A stretch of DNA of 64,000 bases, from assembly GCA_964480405.1 (NCBI GenBank), contig CAYZOU010000005.1, positions 39,117 through 103,116 of the forward strand, read 5' to 3'. Each line of letters starts with the position of its first letter. The stretch's first letter is position 1. The notes beneath the pieces are model-generated. The model saw only the letters and a program-made list of their open reading frames with translations. It did no database searches and was not told the origin of the DNA. Source of the stretch: an uncultured Faecalibacterium sp. GTDB taxonomy: Bacteria > Bacillota > Clostridia > Oscillospirales > Acutalibacteraceae. Both the position numbers and the translations under genes were made by a program. Shown here piece by piece: positions 53,869 through 64,000 of this stretch.

Positions 53869-54684
53869 TCACACAAGTGCGCCGAATTTGATGTTGAGGA
53901 AAACGACAGCCGCAATCGAGAGCGAAATTGTCGCAAATGAGACAGCATCACGGACTCCAAGCTTCATTTTCTTCATTCGTGTTCTACCCTCACCGCCTTG
54001 ATAGCAACGGCACTCCATAGCAAACGCAAGCTCGTATGCACGTCTGAATGCCGAAACCAAAAGCGGAACTAAAATCGGTATCAAGGCTTTGGATCTTTCA
54101 ATGAGTCCGCCGCTTTCAAGATCGGCTCCCCTCGCCTTTTGAGCGTTCATTATCCTGTCTATCTCGTCAATGAGTGTCGGAATAAATCTAAGAGCCAGCG
54201 TCATCATCATCGCAAGTGTATGCACTTGGATATGAAAGACATTGAGCGGCGACAGCAGACGTTCTATTCCGTCTGTGAGCATAGTCGGTGTTGTGGTATA
54301 TGTCAAAAGTGAGCTCGCCATTATCAAAGCCACTATTCTGATAGCCATAAATATCGCTGTGTATATGCCCTTTGTCGTGATAGTTATAAATGACCATGAG
54401 ACTAAAGTTGTACCACCTGAGACATAAAATATGTTTAACACGGTTGTAAATATGATTATCGGAAGTATCGGCTTGATGCTTTTCAAAAACATTTTGAGCG
54501 GCACTTTCGAAGCGAATATTATAGCAAGCAAAAGCACCGTCATAAGCAGAAGCGACCATGCGTTTTTACACAGGAATATCAGCACCAAAAGCATCACGGT
54601 TAATATGATCTTTGCTCTCGGGTCAAGCGAATGAACAAACGATTTTTGCGGAAAATACTGACCGATCGTTATATCCTTTATCAT
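53869..54684 (-). CDS. ecfT: ECF transporter transmembrane (T) component
   Basis: Polytopic protein with the ARG...R coupling-helix region (MNAQKARGADLESGGLIER). Follows ecfA1 and ecfA2. Confidence 0.9.
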   Translation of the reverse strand: MIKDITIGQYFPQKSFVHSLDPRAKIILTVMLLVLIFLCKNAWSLLLMTVLLLAIIFASKVPLKMFLKSIKPILPIIIFTTVLNIFYVSGGTTLVSWSFITITTKGIYTAIFMAIRIVALIMASSLLTYTTTPTMLTDGIERLLSPLNVFHIQVHTLAMMMTLALRFIPTLIDEIDRIMNAQKARGADLESGGLIERSKALIPILVPLLVSAFRRAYELAFAMECRCYQGGEGRTRMKKMKLGVRDAVSFATISLSIAAVVFLNIKFGALV

Positions 54685-55550
54685 TTTCCGCTTCCCCCCT
54701 TCAGAAATCTTACAAGTTCTTTCCTGCCTTCTTCAACGGTATAAATATCCGTTCTGACATCGTAGCCTTTAGCCTTGAGCTTGAGGAAAACCGACGTTAT
54801 CTCGGGGATATTCAGACCCATTTCAACAAGCTCATCCGCTCTTGAATAAACCTCGTCAACAGTTCCGAACATGGCTTCCTCGCCCTTGTTCATAACAAGC
54901 ACCTTTGTCGCTATCTTTGCGACGTCCTCCATGCTGTGAGATACTATCATTACTGTGCTGCCCGTATTCTTTCTGTAATCCGATATCAGCGACAGCACTG
55001 TGTCTCTGCCTCTCGGATCAAGACCTGCACACGGCTCATCTAAGACTAAGATCTTAGGCTCCATAGCCATTACACCGGCTATGGCGACACGTCTCTTTTC
55101 GCCGCCCGAAAGATCAAACGGCGACTTATCGAGATAGCTGTCATTAAGTCCGACAAAGCTTACCGCTTCTCTGACACGTCTTTTTATCTCGTCATCACTC
55201 AGCCCCATATTCTTCGGCCCGAACGAAATATCCTTTTCGACTGTTTCTTCAAAAAGCTGATACTCCGGATACTGAAAACAAAGACCGACAGAAAATCTCG
55301 CATTTCTTGTGGAGGTCTTGTCCTGCCAGATGTTCACATCTTCGACAAACACACTGCCTCCCGTCGGCTTGAGTAAAGCGTTGAAATGCTGAATGAGGGT
55401 GCTTTTGCCTGAGCCTGTATGGCCTATCAGACCTATAAGCTCGCCCTTTTCTATATCTATGTTTATGTTTCTTATCGCAGTATGCTCAAACGGAGTTTTG
55501 ATTCCGTATATATAGCTCAGCTCCTGCGTTTTAAGAACGGTAGTTCCCAT
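54681..55550 (-). CDS. ecfA2: ECF transporter ATPase component 2
   Basis: Walker A GHTGSGKST and signature LSGGEKRRVAIAG. Start chosen at MGTTV with GGAGGTG upstream. Confidence 0.9.
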   Translation of the reverse strand: MGTTVLKTQELSYIYGIKTPFEHTAIRNINIDIEKGELIGLIGHTGSGKSTLIQHFNALLKPTGGSVFVEDVNIWQDKTSTRNARFSVGLCFQYPEYQLFEETVEKDISFGPKNMGLSDDEIKRRVREAVSFVGLNDSYLDKSPFDLSGGEKRRVAIAGVMAMEPKILVLDEPCAGLDPRGRDTVLSLISDYRKNTGSTVMIVSHSMEDVAKIATKVLVMNKGEEAMFGTVDEVYSRADELVEMGLNIPEITSVFLKLKAKGYDVRTDIYTVEEGRKELVRFLKGGSGK

Positions 55551-55554
55551 TTTT

Positions 55555-56394
55555 TCACCTCCGCAGATTTTCAAAGGCAGACACAAATTCGTCTGCGGTC
55601 AAGACGTCACCCAAATTTATGCCGTCTTTTTTAAGAAGATATGAAAGCTCTGTCGCCTGCGGAACATCAAGTCCTATCTTCTTTATCTCGTCTATATATC
55701 CGAAGACAGCTCGGGGTGTACCGTCAAAACGTATTTTTCCCTCATCTATAACTATGACTCTGTCCGCTTGAACGGCTTCGTCCATATAGTGAGTTATGAA
55801 AAGAACGGTTATTCCCATGTCTCGATTGAGACGTTTTACGGTATCCATTACCTCTTTTCTGCCTCTCGGATCAAGCATTGCCGTCGGCTCATCGAGGACT
55901 ATGCAGTCTGTTTGCATGGCGATAACTCCGGCTATTGCCACTCTCTGCTTTTGACCGCCCGAAAGCTTATGAGGCTCATGAAAACGGTAGTCATACATTC
56001 CGACAGCTTTAAGGGAATCGTCAACACGTCTGCGGATTTCATCGGGCTCGACACCTAAATTTTCCGGCCCGAAGGCAACATCGTCTTCGACTATCGTGGC
56101 AACTATCTGATTATCGGGATTTTGAAAAACCATTCCGACCGTTCGTCTGACATCGTTTCTTCTGTCCTCGTCGGCAGTATCTATACCGTCAACAAGTACC
56201 TTGCCCTCATTCGGAACGAGTATGGCATTTGTCAGCTTTGCGAGTGTGCTTTTGCCCGAGCCGTTATGTCCGAGCACGGCAACAAAACTGCCTTTCTCGA
56301 TAGACAGCGTTATATTTCGTATAACCTCTTTGGCGGCGCTGTTTTCCTCGTCGTACTTAAAGGTAACATTGTCAAATTCAATAATACTGCTCAT
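55555..56394 (-). CDS. ecfA1: ECF transporter ATPase component 1
   Basis: Walker [10 protein letters not shown] and signature [13 protein letters not shown]. Start chosen at MSSII. Confidence 0.9.
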   Translation of the reverse strand: MSSIIEFDNVTFKYDEENSAAKEVIRNITLSIEKGSFVAVLGHNGSGKSTLAKLTNAILVPNEGKVLVDGIDTADEDRRNDVRRTVGMVFQNPDNQIVATIVEDDVAFGPENLGVEPDEIRRRVDDSLKAVGMYDYRFHEPHKLSGGQKQRVAIAGVIAMQTDCIVLDEPTAMLDPRGRKEVMDTVKRLNRDMGITVLFITHYMDEAVQADRVIVIDEGKIRFDGTPRAVFGYIDEIKKIGLDVPQATELSYLLKKDGINLGDVLTADEFVSAFENLRR

Positions 56395-56416
56395 TTTTTC
56401 TTCCCTTTTTCTGAAT

Positions 56417-57280
56417 TTACTTAGTCCAAATCGCCGATGCACCGCACGGCAGGATCATTCCCGTTTCCGTGACGGGCAGTCCGATCTCACTTGATGAGAC
56501 ACTGCCGCCGAGCTTAGCCTTGACTGTCGCACCGAGAATGTATTGCATGACGGAAGCGGAAAGCCCCGTTGTATATGAATTTATCAGCATCATCAGCGAA
56601 TCTTCATAAAGAAGCTTACTGCAAAGCTCCACAAAGTCGTATACCTCGTCTTCAAGCTTCCAGACTTCACCGCCCGGCCCTCTGCCGTATGACGGCGGGT
56701 CCATGATGATAATGTCGTATTTGTTGCCTCGCCTTATTTCTCTTTGAACGAATTTTATGCAATCGTCGACTATCCAGCGCACTTTTCCGTCGGCGACCTG
56801 AGACGAAGCGGCGTTTTCCTTCGCCCAAGCGACCATGCCCTTAGATGCGTCAACGTGTACCACACTTGCGCCCTCCTTGAGACAGGCTATGGTTGCGCCG
56901 CCTGTATAGGCGAACAGATTGAGGACTTTCAGCTCTCTGCCGGATTCACGAATAAGCTTTCTCGTGAAGTCCCAGTTGACCGCCTGTTCGGGAAAAATTC
57001 CAGTATGCTTAAAGCCCATATTTTTGACGTTGAAGGTCAGATCCTTATATTTTATCTGCCAGCGGTCGGGAACAGATCTCGCTATTTCCCATTTTCCGCC
57101 GCCGCTTTTTGACCTTTTATAGTACGCATCGGCTTTTCGCCAAAGGAGATTTTTCTTCTCGGTTTTCCAAATTACCTGCGGATCGGGTCTGACAAGGGTC
57201 ACATTGCCCCATCTTTCAAGCTTATCGCCGTCTGAGCAATCAATAAGCTCATAATCCTTCCAGTCGCTTGTGTATCTCAT
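56417..57280 (-). CDS. Class I SAM-dependent (rRNA) methyltransferase, RlmI/RlmK C-terminal-domain-like
   Basis: SAM-binding [13 protein letters not shown] and catalytic region [11 protein letters not shown]. Confidence 0.75.
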   Translation of the reverse strand: MRYTSDWKDYELIDCSDGDKLERWGNVTLVRPDPQVIWKTEKKNLLWRKADAYYKRSKSGGGKWEIARSVPDRWQIKYKDLTFNVKNMGFKHTGIFPEQAVNWDFTRKLIRESGRELKVLNLFAYTGGATIACLKEGASVVHVDASKGMVAWAKENAASSQVADGKVRWIVDDCIKFVQREIRRGNKYDIIIMDPPSYGRGPGGEVWKLEDEVYDFVELCSKLLYEDSLMMLINSYTTGLSASVMQYILGATVKAKLGGSVSSSEIGLPVTETGMILPCGASAIWTK

Positions 57281-57292
57281 TTTAAACCTCTT

Positions 57293-58642
57293 TTATATCA
57301 GTCTTTCTTTAACAACCTCTGCAATTTCATTTGCAAGCTTTTCTATCTGTTTTTGATCCTCGCCCTCGAGCATAATTCTGACGAGCGGCTCTGTTCCCGA
57401 AACTCTGACTAAGACTCTGCCCCTATCGCCGAGCTCATTTTCAGCCGACTTTATTGCGAGCTTTATTTCGTCGTCATAGCTGTATCGAGCCTTGCCCATG
57501 TCGGAGACCTTGACGTTCACCAAGACCTGCGGATATGTTTTCATACATTTCGCAAGCTCGGACAGCGGCTTTCCGGTTTTCTTCATCACTCTGAGAAGTT
57601 GAAGCGCCGTCAGCTGACCGTCACCTGTTGCGGCGTAGTCTGAAAATATAACGTGTCCCGACTGTTCGCCGCCTATCGAATACCCTTTTTGAAGCATCGT
57701 TTCAAGCACATATCTGTCGCCGACCCGTGTCGCTTCATAGGAAATTCCGTTTTCATCGCAGAATTTATAAAAGCCCATGTTAGTCATTATCGTCACAACG
57801 GCGGTGTCTTTTTCGAGCTTTCCCTCCTGTTTCATGTACGATGAACATATTGCTATTATTTTGTCTCCGTCAACGGTGTCGCCGTTTTCATCGACGGCTA
57901 ACATTCTGTCAGCGTCTCCGTCAAAAGCGAAGCCAGCCATCAGATTATTTTCTTTGACATAGCGGCTTAAATTTTCAAGATGAGTTGAGCCGCAGTTTGC
58001 GTTTATATTGACACCGTCGGGCTTATCGGAAAGCATATCGCATTTTGCGCCAAGCTGAGTGAAAAGCGTTTTTGCGCTCACACTCGCCGAGCCGTTTGCG
58101 CAGTCGAGAGCTATATGCATACCGTCAAAGCTGACATCGACCGTGTTTTTGAGATGCTCTGTATAGTCTCTTACGGCGTTTTCGCTTTTGCTTACTCTGC
58201 CGACTGCACCGCCGACTTTAAGAGACGGCTTTTCGACTTCATCGGAAATAATGGCTTCGATCCGAGCTTCTGTAATATCCGGCAGCTTGTAGCCGTCAGA
58301 CTTGAATATCTTTATTCCGTTATATTCACACGGATTATGTGAAGCCGAGATCATGACAGCCGCATCGCAGGCATACTTCTTGACAAGATATGCCACAGCC
58401 GGAGTCGGAACAACGCCCAAGACAATCACATCGGCGCCGACTGAACAGAGGCCTGCCGCTATTGCGTTTTCGAGCATATTTGACGATATCCTTGTGTCCT
58501 GACCGATTAACACTTTCGGCTTCCTGTGTTTTTCATCCGTCAGCACTACGGCTGTTGCCCTGCCTATTTTCATCGCCAGTTCACAGCTGAGCTCGGTGTT
58601 AGCTATGCCTCTTATTCCGTCTGTTCCGAAAAGTCTTCCCAT
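57293..58642 (-). CDS. glmM: Phosphoglucosamine mutase
   Basis: N-terminus FGTDGIRG, active-site SASHNP and GDADR motifs. Confidence 0.96.
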   Translation of the reverse strand: MGRLFGTDGIRGIANTELSCELAMKIGRATAVVLTDEKHRKPKVLIGQDTRISSNMLENAIAAGLCSVGADVIVLGVVPTPAVAYLVKKYACDAAVMISASHNPCEYNGIKIFKSDGYKLPDITEARIEAIISDEVEKPSLKVGGAVGRVSKSENAVRDYTEHLKNTVDVSFDGMHIALDCANGSASVSAKTLFTQLGAKCDMLSDKPDGVNINANCGSTHLENLSRYVKENNLMAGFAFDGDADRMLAVDENGDTVDGDKIIAICSSYMKQEGKLEKDTAVVTIMTNMGFYKFCDENGISYEATRVGDRYVLETMLQKGYSIGGEQSGHVIFSDYAATGDGQLTALQLLRVMKKTGKPLSELAKCMKTYPQVLVNVKVSDMGKARYSYDDEIKLAIKSAENELGDRGRVLVRVSGTEPLVRIMLEGEDQKQIEKLANEIAEVVKERLI

Positions 58643-58662
58643 TCTTCTCTCTCCGATTCTGT

Positions 58663-59676
58663 TTATTGCTTATATTCCATTCCCAAATGCTCATAAGCTT
58701 GTGGGGTGGCTATTCTGCCCCTCGGAGTTCTTCCGAGGAATCCTATCTGCATGAGATAGGGCTCATAAACGTCCTCGATTGTTACAGCTTCCTCGCCTAT
58801 TGCGGCTGATATTGTTTCAAGTCCGACAGGACCTCCGTTATAGCTTTTTATCATTGTTGTCAAAAGCCGTCGATCCGTTGCGTCAAGACCCAATTCGTCT
58901 ATTTCCATTCTTCTCAAGGCAAGCTCTGCCGCTTCCTTATCTATAATGCCGTTGCCCACGACTTGAGCGAAATCTCTCGCTCTTTTTAAAATTCTGTTGG
59001 CAATTCTCGGCGTACCTCGTGAACATTCGGCTATTTTTAATGCGCCTTTTTCATCAATGCCTATTCCGAGTATTGCCGCACTTCTTGTAACTATACGGCT
59101 GAGTTCTTCGGGAGTATAAAGTTCAAGTCTCATCACAACGCCGAATCTGTCACGAAGCGGCGCAGAGAGCTGACCTGCTCTTGTTGTTGCGCCGACGAGA
59201 GTGAATTTCGGAAGGTCAAGTCTTATCGACCTTGCCGACGGGCCTTTTCCGATAATTATATCGAGCGCATTATCCTCCATAGCCGGATAAAGCACTTCCT
59301 CAACGCTTCTGTGAAGTCGGTGTATCTCATCGACGAAAAGCACGTCTCCCTCATTCAAGTTTGTCAAAAGCGCCGCAAGGTCTCCCTGCTTTTCTATCGC
59401 TGGACCCGATGTTACTCTCAGGTTGACATTCATCTCGTTGGCTATTATTCCGGCGAGTGTGGTTTTGCCTAAGCCCGGAGGCCCGTAAAGCAGAACATGA
59501 TCGAGGCTTTCGCCTCTTGAAACCGCCGCTTGAATATATATTTTTAAGTTTTCCTTAACCTTTTCCTGACCGATATAATCTTCAAATACCCTCGGTCGCA
59601 GTGAGGTTTCTATGTCGGCATCCTCTCGGGTATACTCCGTTGCCATTATTCTTTCTTCACTGTTAAAGTCATTCAT
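58663..59676 (-). CDS. ruvB: Holliday junction branch migration ATPase RuvB
   Basis: Walker [10 protein letters not shown], plus DEIHRL and the RuvB C-terminal winged helix. Confidence 0.96.
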   Translation of the reverse strand: MNDFNSEERIMATEYTREDADIETSLRPRVFEDYIGQEKVKENLKIYIQAAVSRGESLDHVLLYGPPGLGKTTLAGIIANEMNVNLRVTSGPAIEKQGDLAALLTNLNEGDVLFVDEIHRLHRSVEEVLYPAMEDNALDIIIGKGPSARSIRLDLPKFTLVGATTRAGQLSAPLRDRFGVVMRLELYTPEELSRIVTRSAAILGIGIDEKGALKIAECSRGTPRIANRILKRARDFAQVVGNGIIDKEAAELALRRMEIDELGLDATDRRLLTTMIKSYNGGPVGLETISAAIGEEAVTIEDVYEPYLMQIGFLGRTPRGRIATPQAYEHLGMEYKQ

Positions 59677-59694
59677 CTTATGTTCTCCGATATT

Positions 59695-60285
59695 TTATAT
59701 GATCTTCAAGGCTTGTGTTATAAGCTTTTCTACGCTTTGGTTTTGATCGAGCTTTGAAACTGCAGATGCCGCTTCCGACTGTGAATAGCCTAACATCACA
59801 AGAGCCTCGACCGCTTCGCCTGTGTTCGTTTCGAGTGATAACTGCTCTCTCGCAGCCTGCTCACCCGTACCTATTGAAGCGCCTGTTTTCATCTTGTCTT
59901 TTAATTCCAGCACCACTCTTTGAGCTATTTTCGGGCCGACACCTTGAGCTTTTGTTATCGCCTTTATGTCGCCGCCCGATATCGCAAGCGCAAGCCTGTC
60001 GGGGGATAGCTGTGAAAGTATCGCAAGCGCCGCCTTTGGACCGACTCCGGAAACCGAGATCAGCATTTTGAAGCAATCAAGCTCGCTTTCATCGTAAAAT
60101 CCGAACAGCTCAAGCGCATCCTCTCTGACCGACAGATGAGTGTAGAGTGTGACGTTGCCCTTTTTATCGGAAAGCTCGTTTAAGGTGGTGAGCGTTACGG
60201 CGCATCTGAAAGCCACACCGCCGCATGATATTGCCACCGAAGAAGAATCTCTGTATACAATTTCTCCCGTCAAGCTGTAAAACAT
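59695..60285 (-). CDS. ruvA: Holliday junction DNA helicase subunit RuvA
   Basis: MFYSLTGEI start and HhH motifs (VSGVGPKAALAIL, AQGVGPKIAQRVV). The ORF-track N-terminal extension overlaps ruvC. Confidence 0.93.
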   Translation of the reverse strand: MFYSLTGEIVYRDSSSVAISCGGVAFRCAVTLTTLNELSDKKGNVTLYTHLSVREDALELFGFYDESELDCFKMLISVSGVGPKAALAILSQLSPDRLALAISGGDIKAITKAQGVGPKIAQRVVLELKDKMKTGASIGTGEQAAREQLSLETNTGEAVEALVMLGYSQSEAASAVSKLDQNQSVEKLITQALKII

Positions 60286-60287
60286 TT

Positions 60288-60797
60288 TCAAATTCCTTTC
60301 CTTATTGACATATGTGAAGAATAAAGCGATCCGCTTGCGTGAGCGTGACATATCGCCATCGCCAGCGCATCAGCCGTATCATCGGGCTTCGGCACTTTTT
60401 CGAGACCCAATATTCGCTTCGTCATTTCCTGAACTTGCTTTTTTTCCGCTCTGCCGTAACCGACAACACTCTGTTTGACTTGCAGAGGCGTATATTCGAA
60501 CACGGGCAGTCTGTTTTTCTGAGCCGCAAGCATCAGCACTCCCCTCGCCTGACTGACATCAATAACCGTTTTGGCGTTGTTGTTATAGAAAAGCTTCTCG
60601 ATGCTCATGACCTCGGGGTGATTTCTCATCACGATCTCATTGAAGCCGTCATATATTATCTCAAGTCTCTCGTTGAACGGAGTTTTCGCTTCTGTCGTTA
60701 TCGCTCCGTAATCAAGCGTTTTGAAGTGATTGTTTCGGTATTCAACGACACCGTAGCCGATAATCGCATATCCGGGGTCTATACCTAATATTATCAT
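60288..60797 (-). CDS. ruvC: Crossover junction endodeoxyribonuclease RuvC
   Basis: N-terminus IILGIDPGYAIIGYG and C-terminal DTADALAMAICH. Confidence 0.95.
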   Translation of the reverse strand: MIILGIDPGYAIIGYGVVEYRNNHFKTLDYGAITTEAKTPFNERLEIIYDGFNEIVMRNHPEVMSIEKLFYNNNAKTVIDVSQARGVLMLAAQKNRLPVFEYTPLQVKQSVVGYGRAEKKQVQEMTKRILGLEKVPKPDDTADALAMAICHAHASGSLYSSHMSIRKGI

Positions 60798-61059
60798 CGC
60801 ATACTACCTCATTATAATTTATCACTTTAGTATATCATACTTTTTATTAAGTAACAAGTATTTAAATAAACAATTTCACGAAAAAAGCTTAATGAAATAA
60901 AACGATACGTTAATTATATGCGTTACCGTCAAAAGCTAAAACCTTGAAAAAGACACATTTTCGTTGCCGCTTGAGACTGAAGAATTGCAGAAAATTTATT
61001 ATGAGCGAAAAGTTGTATCAAACGATACATAAATTTAACTTGGCTTGTGACTCTTGTCA

Positions 61060-61407
61060 GCTTACCGAACACCGATTTGTTTCGGATAAATGCCGCAACT
61101 GCGGTGTAAAGACCGGAAGCAAGGCTGACACCTTGAGGTGCGGTAGCGAGCGAAGCGAGCGTAACGGCGGCTGTTCGTGTACTCCGTAGCGCTCGCCGCA
61201 GGCGAAGGGCGGAGTGAGTGCCGAACAGCCGCCCCGCTGATTTCGCTTGGGTTTTCCGAGAAACTCCGAAGGCTAAAGAAAGTCCGATTGCGAAAGTGCG
61301 TTGAGCTGACTTTTTAGAATGTGGCTGACCCTTGCGAGTGGATTTAAGCCGCAAAGTGCCGAAAATATGCCATTTTAGGCGACTTCGGATATGACTTCAA
61401 TGCTTAT
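61060..61407. repeat. Composite repeat: shared block, inverted family A-prime, then family B
   Basis: gatttgtttcggataaatgccgcaac matches 44672-44697. 61136-61320 is the reverse complement of 44873-45056. 61339-61407 is a family B copy. Confidence 0.85.
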
Positions 61408-61451
61408 GCGCCGAGTGTTTTCGAAATTGCAAGTCGCCTGCCTCCCGAAAA

Positions 61452-61536
61452 GCTCCTGCGCCGCCATCTCGGCACTCCACTCGCCTGCGGCTCGGGAGTG
61501 CACGAGCTGTCGCCGTCCGCCTGCTTCGCAGGCGGG
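61452..61536 (-). repeat. Family A repeat copy (reverse orientation)
   Basis: The reverse complement reads cccgcctgcgaagcaggcggacggcg...gtgcactcccgagc...gtggagtgccgag...gcgcaggagc. Confidence 0.85.
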
Positions 61537-61590
61537 TTTACGACAATCCGACGAAAATCTGTAAAACTATAGCATTTTTCTGATGTATAT

Positions 61591-61971
61591 GTTATAATAA
61601 CCTCACGAAACACAGCCCAAATCATAGATTTGGTGTGTTTCGGAGAACATTGTTACATAAATTCGCTGAGGTAATGCGGCTAAAGCCGCTATTTTATGGC
61701 ATTCGCCGGAATTTATGTTATAATAACCTCACGAAAGTCCAACCAAATCGAAGATTTGGGGACTTTCGGAGAACATTGTTACACAAACTCACAGAGGTAA
61801 AGTGGCGTAAACGCCACATTTAATGGCATACGCCGAGAGTTTGTGTTATAATAACCTCACGAAACACAGCCCAAATCATAGATTTGGTGTGTTTCGGAAA
61901 ACATTGTTACATAAATTCGCTGAGGTAAAGCGGCTAAAGCCGCTATTTTATGGCATTCGCCGGAATTTATG
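61591..61971 (+). repeat. Tandem array of 3 copies of the ~127-bp structured unit. Each carries an extended -10 (TGTTATAAT), a long hairpin and a terminator-like hairpin.
   Basis: Unit starts (gttataataacctcacgaaa) are at 61591, 61717 and 61845. Units 1 and 3 are nearly identical. Unit 2 differs at paired positions in all three stems. Confidence 0.95.
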
Positions 61972-62038
61972 TAAGAATACTCAAGCGGTGATCAGCTCAC
62001 CTAAACAAAAAATTGTATATCTTTTACGGAGGCAAATC

Positions 62039-63397
62039 ATGAATGTTATAATTGTCGGTTGCGGCAAAGTCGGATCTACACTTGCCGACCGACTCGTCAG
62101 TGAAGGACACGATGTCAGCGTTGTTGACGTTGACTCCGAGGCAGTTGATAAAGTAACGAGCAGACTTGATGTTCTCGGTGTTGTCGGCAGTGGCTCTATT
62201 CACCAAGTGCAAGTCGATGCAGGCGTTAAAAATGCCGACCTATTCATAGCCGTAACTCCGAGCGATGAATTAAATCTGCTCTGCTGTCTGATGGCTAAAA
62301 GATCGGCTTCATGTAGCACTATAGCACGAGTCAGAAATCCCGACTATCTCTCTGAACGGGCTTTCATCAAGGAACGTCTCGGACTTTCAAGCATCATCAA
62401 TCCGGAATTTGAAGCGGCAGCCGAGATAAGCAGGCTTTTCCGCATACCCTCGGCAATAGAGGTCGACACCTTCGCCGACGGTAAGGTCGAGCTTTTGAAA
62501 GCGGCTTTGACCGAGAACTCACCTATCGTCGGAAAATCAATAATGAACGCTTTAGGCAAGATCAGCGGTAAGGTTCTTATTTGCGCAGTCGAAAGAAACG
62601 GAGACGTTGTTATCCCGAGCGGATCGTTTATACTTAAAGCCGGAGACCAGATCTCATTCCTTACCTCAAGAAGTGAAAGAGAAACCGTGTTCAAAAAGAT
62701 CGGACTTGAAAGCGGCAAGATCAAAAGAGTTGTTATCGTCGGCGGCGGAAAGATATCTTATTATCTTGTCAGAATGCTCGCCGAGGAAGGCTTCAAGGTC
62801 AAGGTCATAGAAAGAGACAAAGAAAGATGTGAGGTACTCTCCGAGCTTCTGCCGTCATCGGTCACCATCATAAACGGCGACGGAACTGACCAACAGCTTT
62901 TGTATGAGGAGGACATTGACAGCGCCGACGGCTTCGCTTCGCTGACAGATGTTGACGAGGAAAACATCATGCTTTCAATGTTCATGACGAAAAATTCCAA
63001 GGCGAAGGTCGTCACAAAAATAAACAGACAGAATTTTTCCGAGCTTATTGAAAATCTTAATATAGGCTCGGTCATATATCCGAAATTCATAACAGCCGAA
63101 ACCATAGTCAGCTATGCGAGAGCGCTGAAGAACTCTCAGGGCAGTAATGTTCAGACACTTTATAACATCGTCGATGACAAGGTCGAAGCACTCGAATTCA
63201 GAGCTAAAAGCGAATCCGAGGTGACGGGTGTTCATCTGAGCGATCTCGAGCTTAAAGACAATCTTCTTATCTGTTGCATAAGCAGAAACGGCAAGACTGT
63301 TATTCCGAACGGTCTGACGACTATCGAAGTCGGAGACACGGTCGTAGTCGTTACAACACAGAAAGGTCTCAACGACCTTAGCGACATTTTGAAGTGA
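62039..63397 (+). CDS. trkA: Trk/Ktr potassium uptake system NAD-binding subunit TrkA
   Basis: Two RCK_N/RCK_C pairs (IIVGCGKVGSTLA; VVIVGGGKISYYL). Start at ATG 62039 with a GGAGG RBS. The ORF-track N-terminal extension reads through the tandem repeats. Confidence 0.92.
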   Translation: MNVIIVGCGKVGSTLADRLVSEGHDVSVVDVDSEAVDKVTSRLDVLGVVGSGSIHQVQVDAGVKNADLFIAVTPSDELNLLCCLMAKRSASCSTIARVRNPDYLSERAFIKERLGLSSIINPEFEAAAEISRLFRIPSAIEVDTFADGKVELLKAALTENSPIVGKSIMNALGKISGKVLICAVERNGDVVIPSGSFILKAGDQISFLTSRSERETVFKKIGLESGKIKRVVIVGGGKISYYLVRMLAEEGFKVKVIERDKERCEVLSELLPSSVTIINGDGTDQQLLYEEDIDSADGFASLTDVDEENIMLSMFMTKNSKAKVVTKINRQNFSELIENLNIGSVIYPKFITAETIVSYARALKNSQGSNVQTLYNIVDDKVEALEFRAKSESEVTGVHLSDLELKDNLLICCISRNGKTVIPNGLTTIEVGDTVVVVTTQKGLNDLSDILK

Positions 63398-63407
63398 GAG
63401 GCTGAAA

Positions 63408-64000
63408 ATGAATATTCCTATGATTTTTTATATCCTCGGTTGGGTTCTTTGCACCGAGGCGGGAGCGATGCTTTTCCCCTGTGTCATCTCACTTATTTAT
63501 TCCGAAAAGCAAGGTATTTATTATTTGATAACGCTTGCCGTATGTCTTGCGATCGGCATTGCGCTGATAGTCAAAAAGCCGAAGAAAACTCGGTTTTACG
63601 CAAAAGAGGGCTTTGCCGTGGTCGGTCTGAGCTGGATAATACTCAGTCTCATCGGAGCTGTTCCCATGTGGATAAGCGGAGACATACCGTCCTTCTTAAC
63701 TGCCTTATTTGAGACAGTTTCGGGCTTTACGACCACAGGCGCAACTAATTTGACAGACGTTGAAGCACTGTCAAGAACAAGTCTTTTCTGGCGAAGTGAA
63801 ACTCACTGGATAGGCGGCATGGGCGTTTTGGTGCTAATACTTACTCTGCTTCCGGTAGCCGGCGGTCAAAATATTCAGCTCATGCGAGCGGAAAGCCCCG
63901 GCCCGACAGTTGACAAATTCAAGCCGAGACTCAGATACACGGCTATGATACTCTATCTGATATATATAGCGATAACCTTACTTGAAATAATCTTCCTGCT
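63408..64000 (+). CDS. trkH: Trk/Ktr potassium uptake membrane subunit TrkH/KtrB (N-terminal part, runs off the window)
   Basis: My own translation from ATG 63408 reads MNIPMIFYILGWVLCTEAGAMLFP...FETVSGFTTTGAT...WIGGMGVL. It stays open to the window end. The ORF track does not list it. Confidence 0.85.
   Translation, partial: MNIPMIFYILGWVLCTEAGAMLFPCVISLIYSEKQGIYYLITLAVCLAIGIALIVKKPKKTRFYAKEGFAVVGLSWIILSLIGAVPMWISGDIPSFLTALFETVSGFTTTGATNLTDVEALSRTSLFWRSETHWIGGMGVLVLILTLLPVAGGQNIQLMRAESPGPTVDKFKPRLRYTAMILYLIYIAITLLEIIFL

Noticed and set aside
60929-61354. 141-aa ORF and similar ORFs at 44353-44730, 44773-45012, 44838-45116, 24997-25188 and 61404-61625
   Set aside because: All lie inside repeat modules A, A-prime or B. 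The shared peptide strings (for example SAGRLFGTHSALRLRRALRST) simply reflect repeated DNA present in both orientations. They lack RBSs and have an Arg/Ala/Ser-rich composition derived from GC-rich hairpins.
61823-62038. N-terminal 72-aa extension of trkA (and the 62-aa ORF at 61635-61823) reading through the tandem repeats
   Set aside because: The reading frame is open only because the repeat unit lacks stops in that frame. A good RBS and the canonical TrkA N-terminus (MNVIIVGCGKVG) begin at 62039.
61591-62038. c-di-AMP (ydaO-type) riboswitch upstream of trkA, and the same class upstream of the M23 peptidase gene (23722-23916)
   Set aside because: Both are gene classes commonly controlled by that riboswitch. 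However, I could not find the conserved blocks I remember for it (GGGGACCCA-like and ACCCGAAUCC...CAGCUAACCUCGUAAGCG-like) in either region.

Overview
Chromosomal window from a Clostridia-class Firmicute. Gene content looks Oscillospiraceae/Ruminococcaceae-like, but that is inference only. Most genes are on the minus strand and are core functions. These include a dcw cell-division/cell-wall cluster (mraZ-rsmH-ftsL-PBP-murE-mraY-ftsW-murG-murA-ftsQ-ftsZ), nrdR, lexA, ispE, trmL, tsaD-rimI, rpsO-pnp, a ClpC-like ATPase, pgsA, cvpA, truA, ecfA1-ecfA2-ecfT, glmM, ruvCAB and trkAH. There is also one tRNA-Leu(TAG) and a THF riboswitch in front of folT. Five things stand out. (1) An ECF-type sigma factor is translationally coupled to a membrane-anchored serpin, which may be a protease-sensing anti-sigma factor. 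(2) An orphan operon (tail-fibre-like protein, holin, M15 endolysin, coiled-coil membrane protein) sits behind a consensus promoter and a perfect LexA box, between core genes, with a structured leader. (3) A 77-aa membrane protein gene carries three LexA boxes and is a candidate SOS division inhibitor. (4) Two arrays of a 127-bp tandem repeat keep their hairpins through compensatory substitutions. Each unit looks like a promoter, a hairpin RNA and a terminator, and both arrays lie just 5' of, and co-oriented with, a gene. (5) A mosaic of GC-rich structured intergenic repeat modules recurs at about a dozen sites. All calls come from reading the sequence and the ORF track. No database search was possible.
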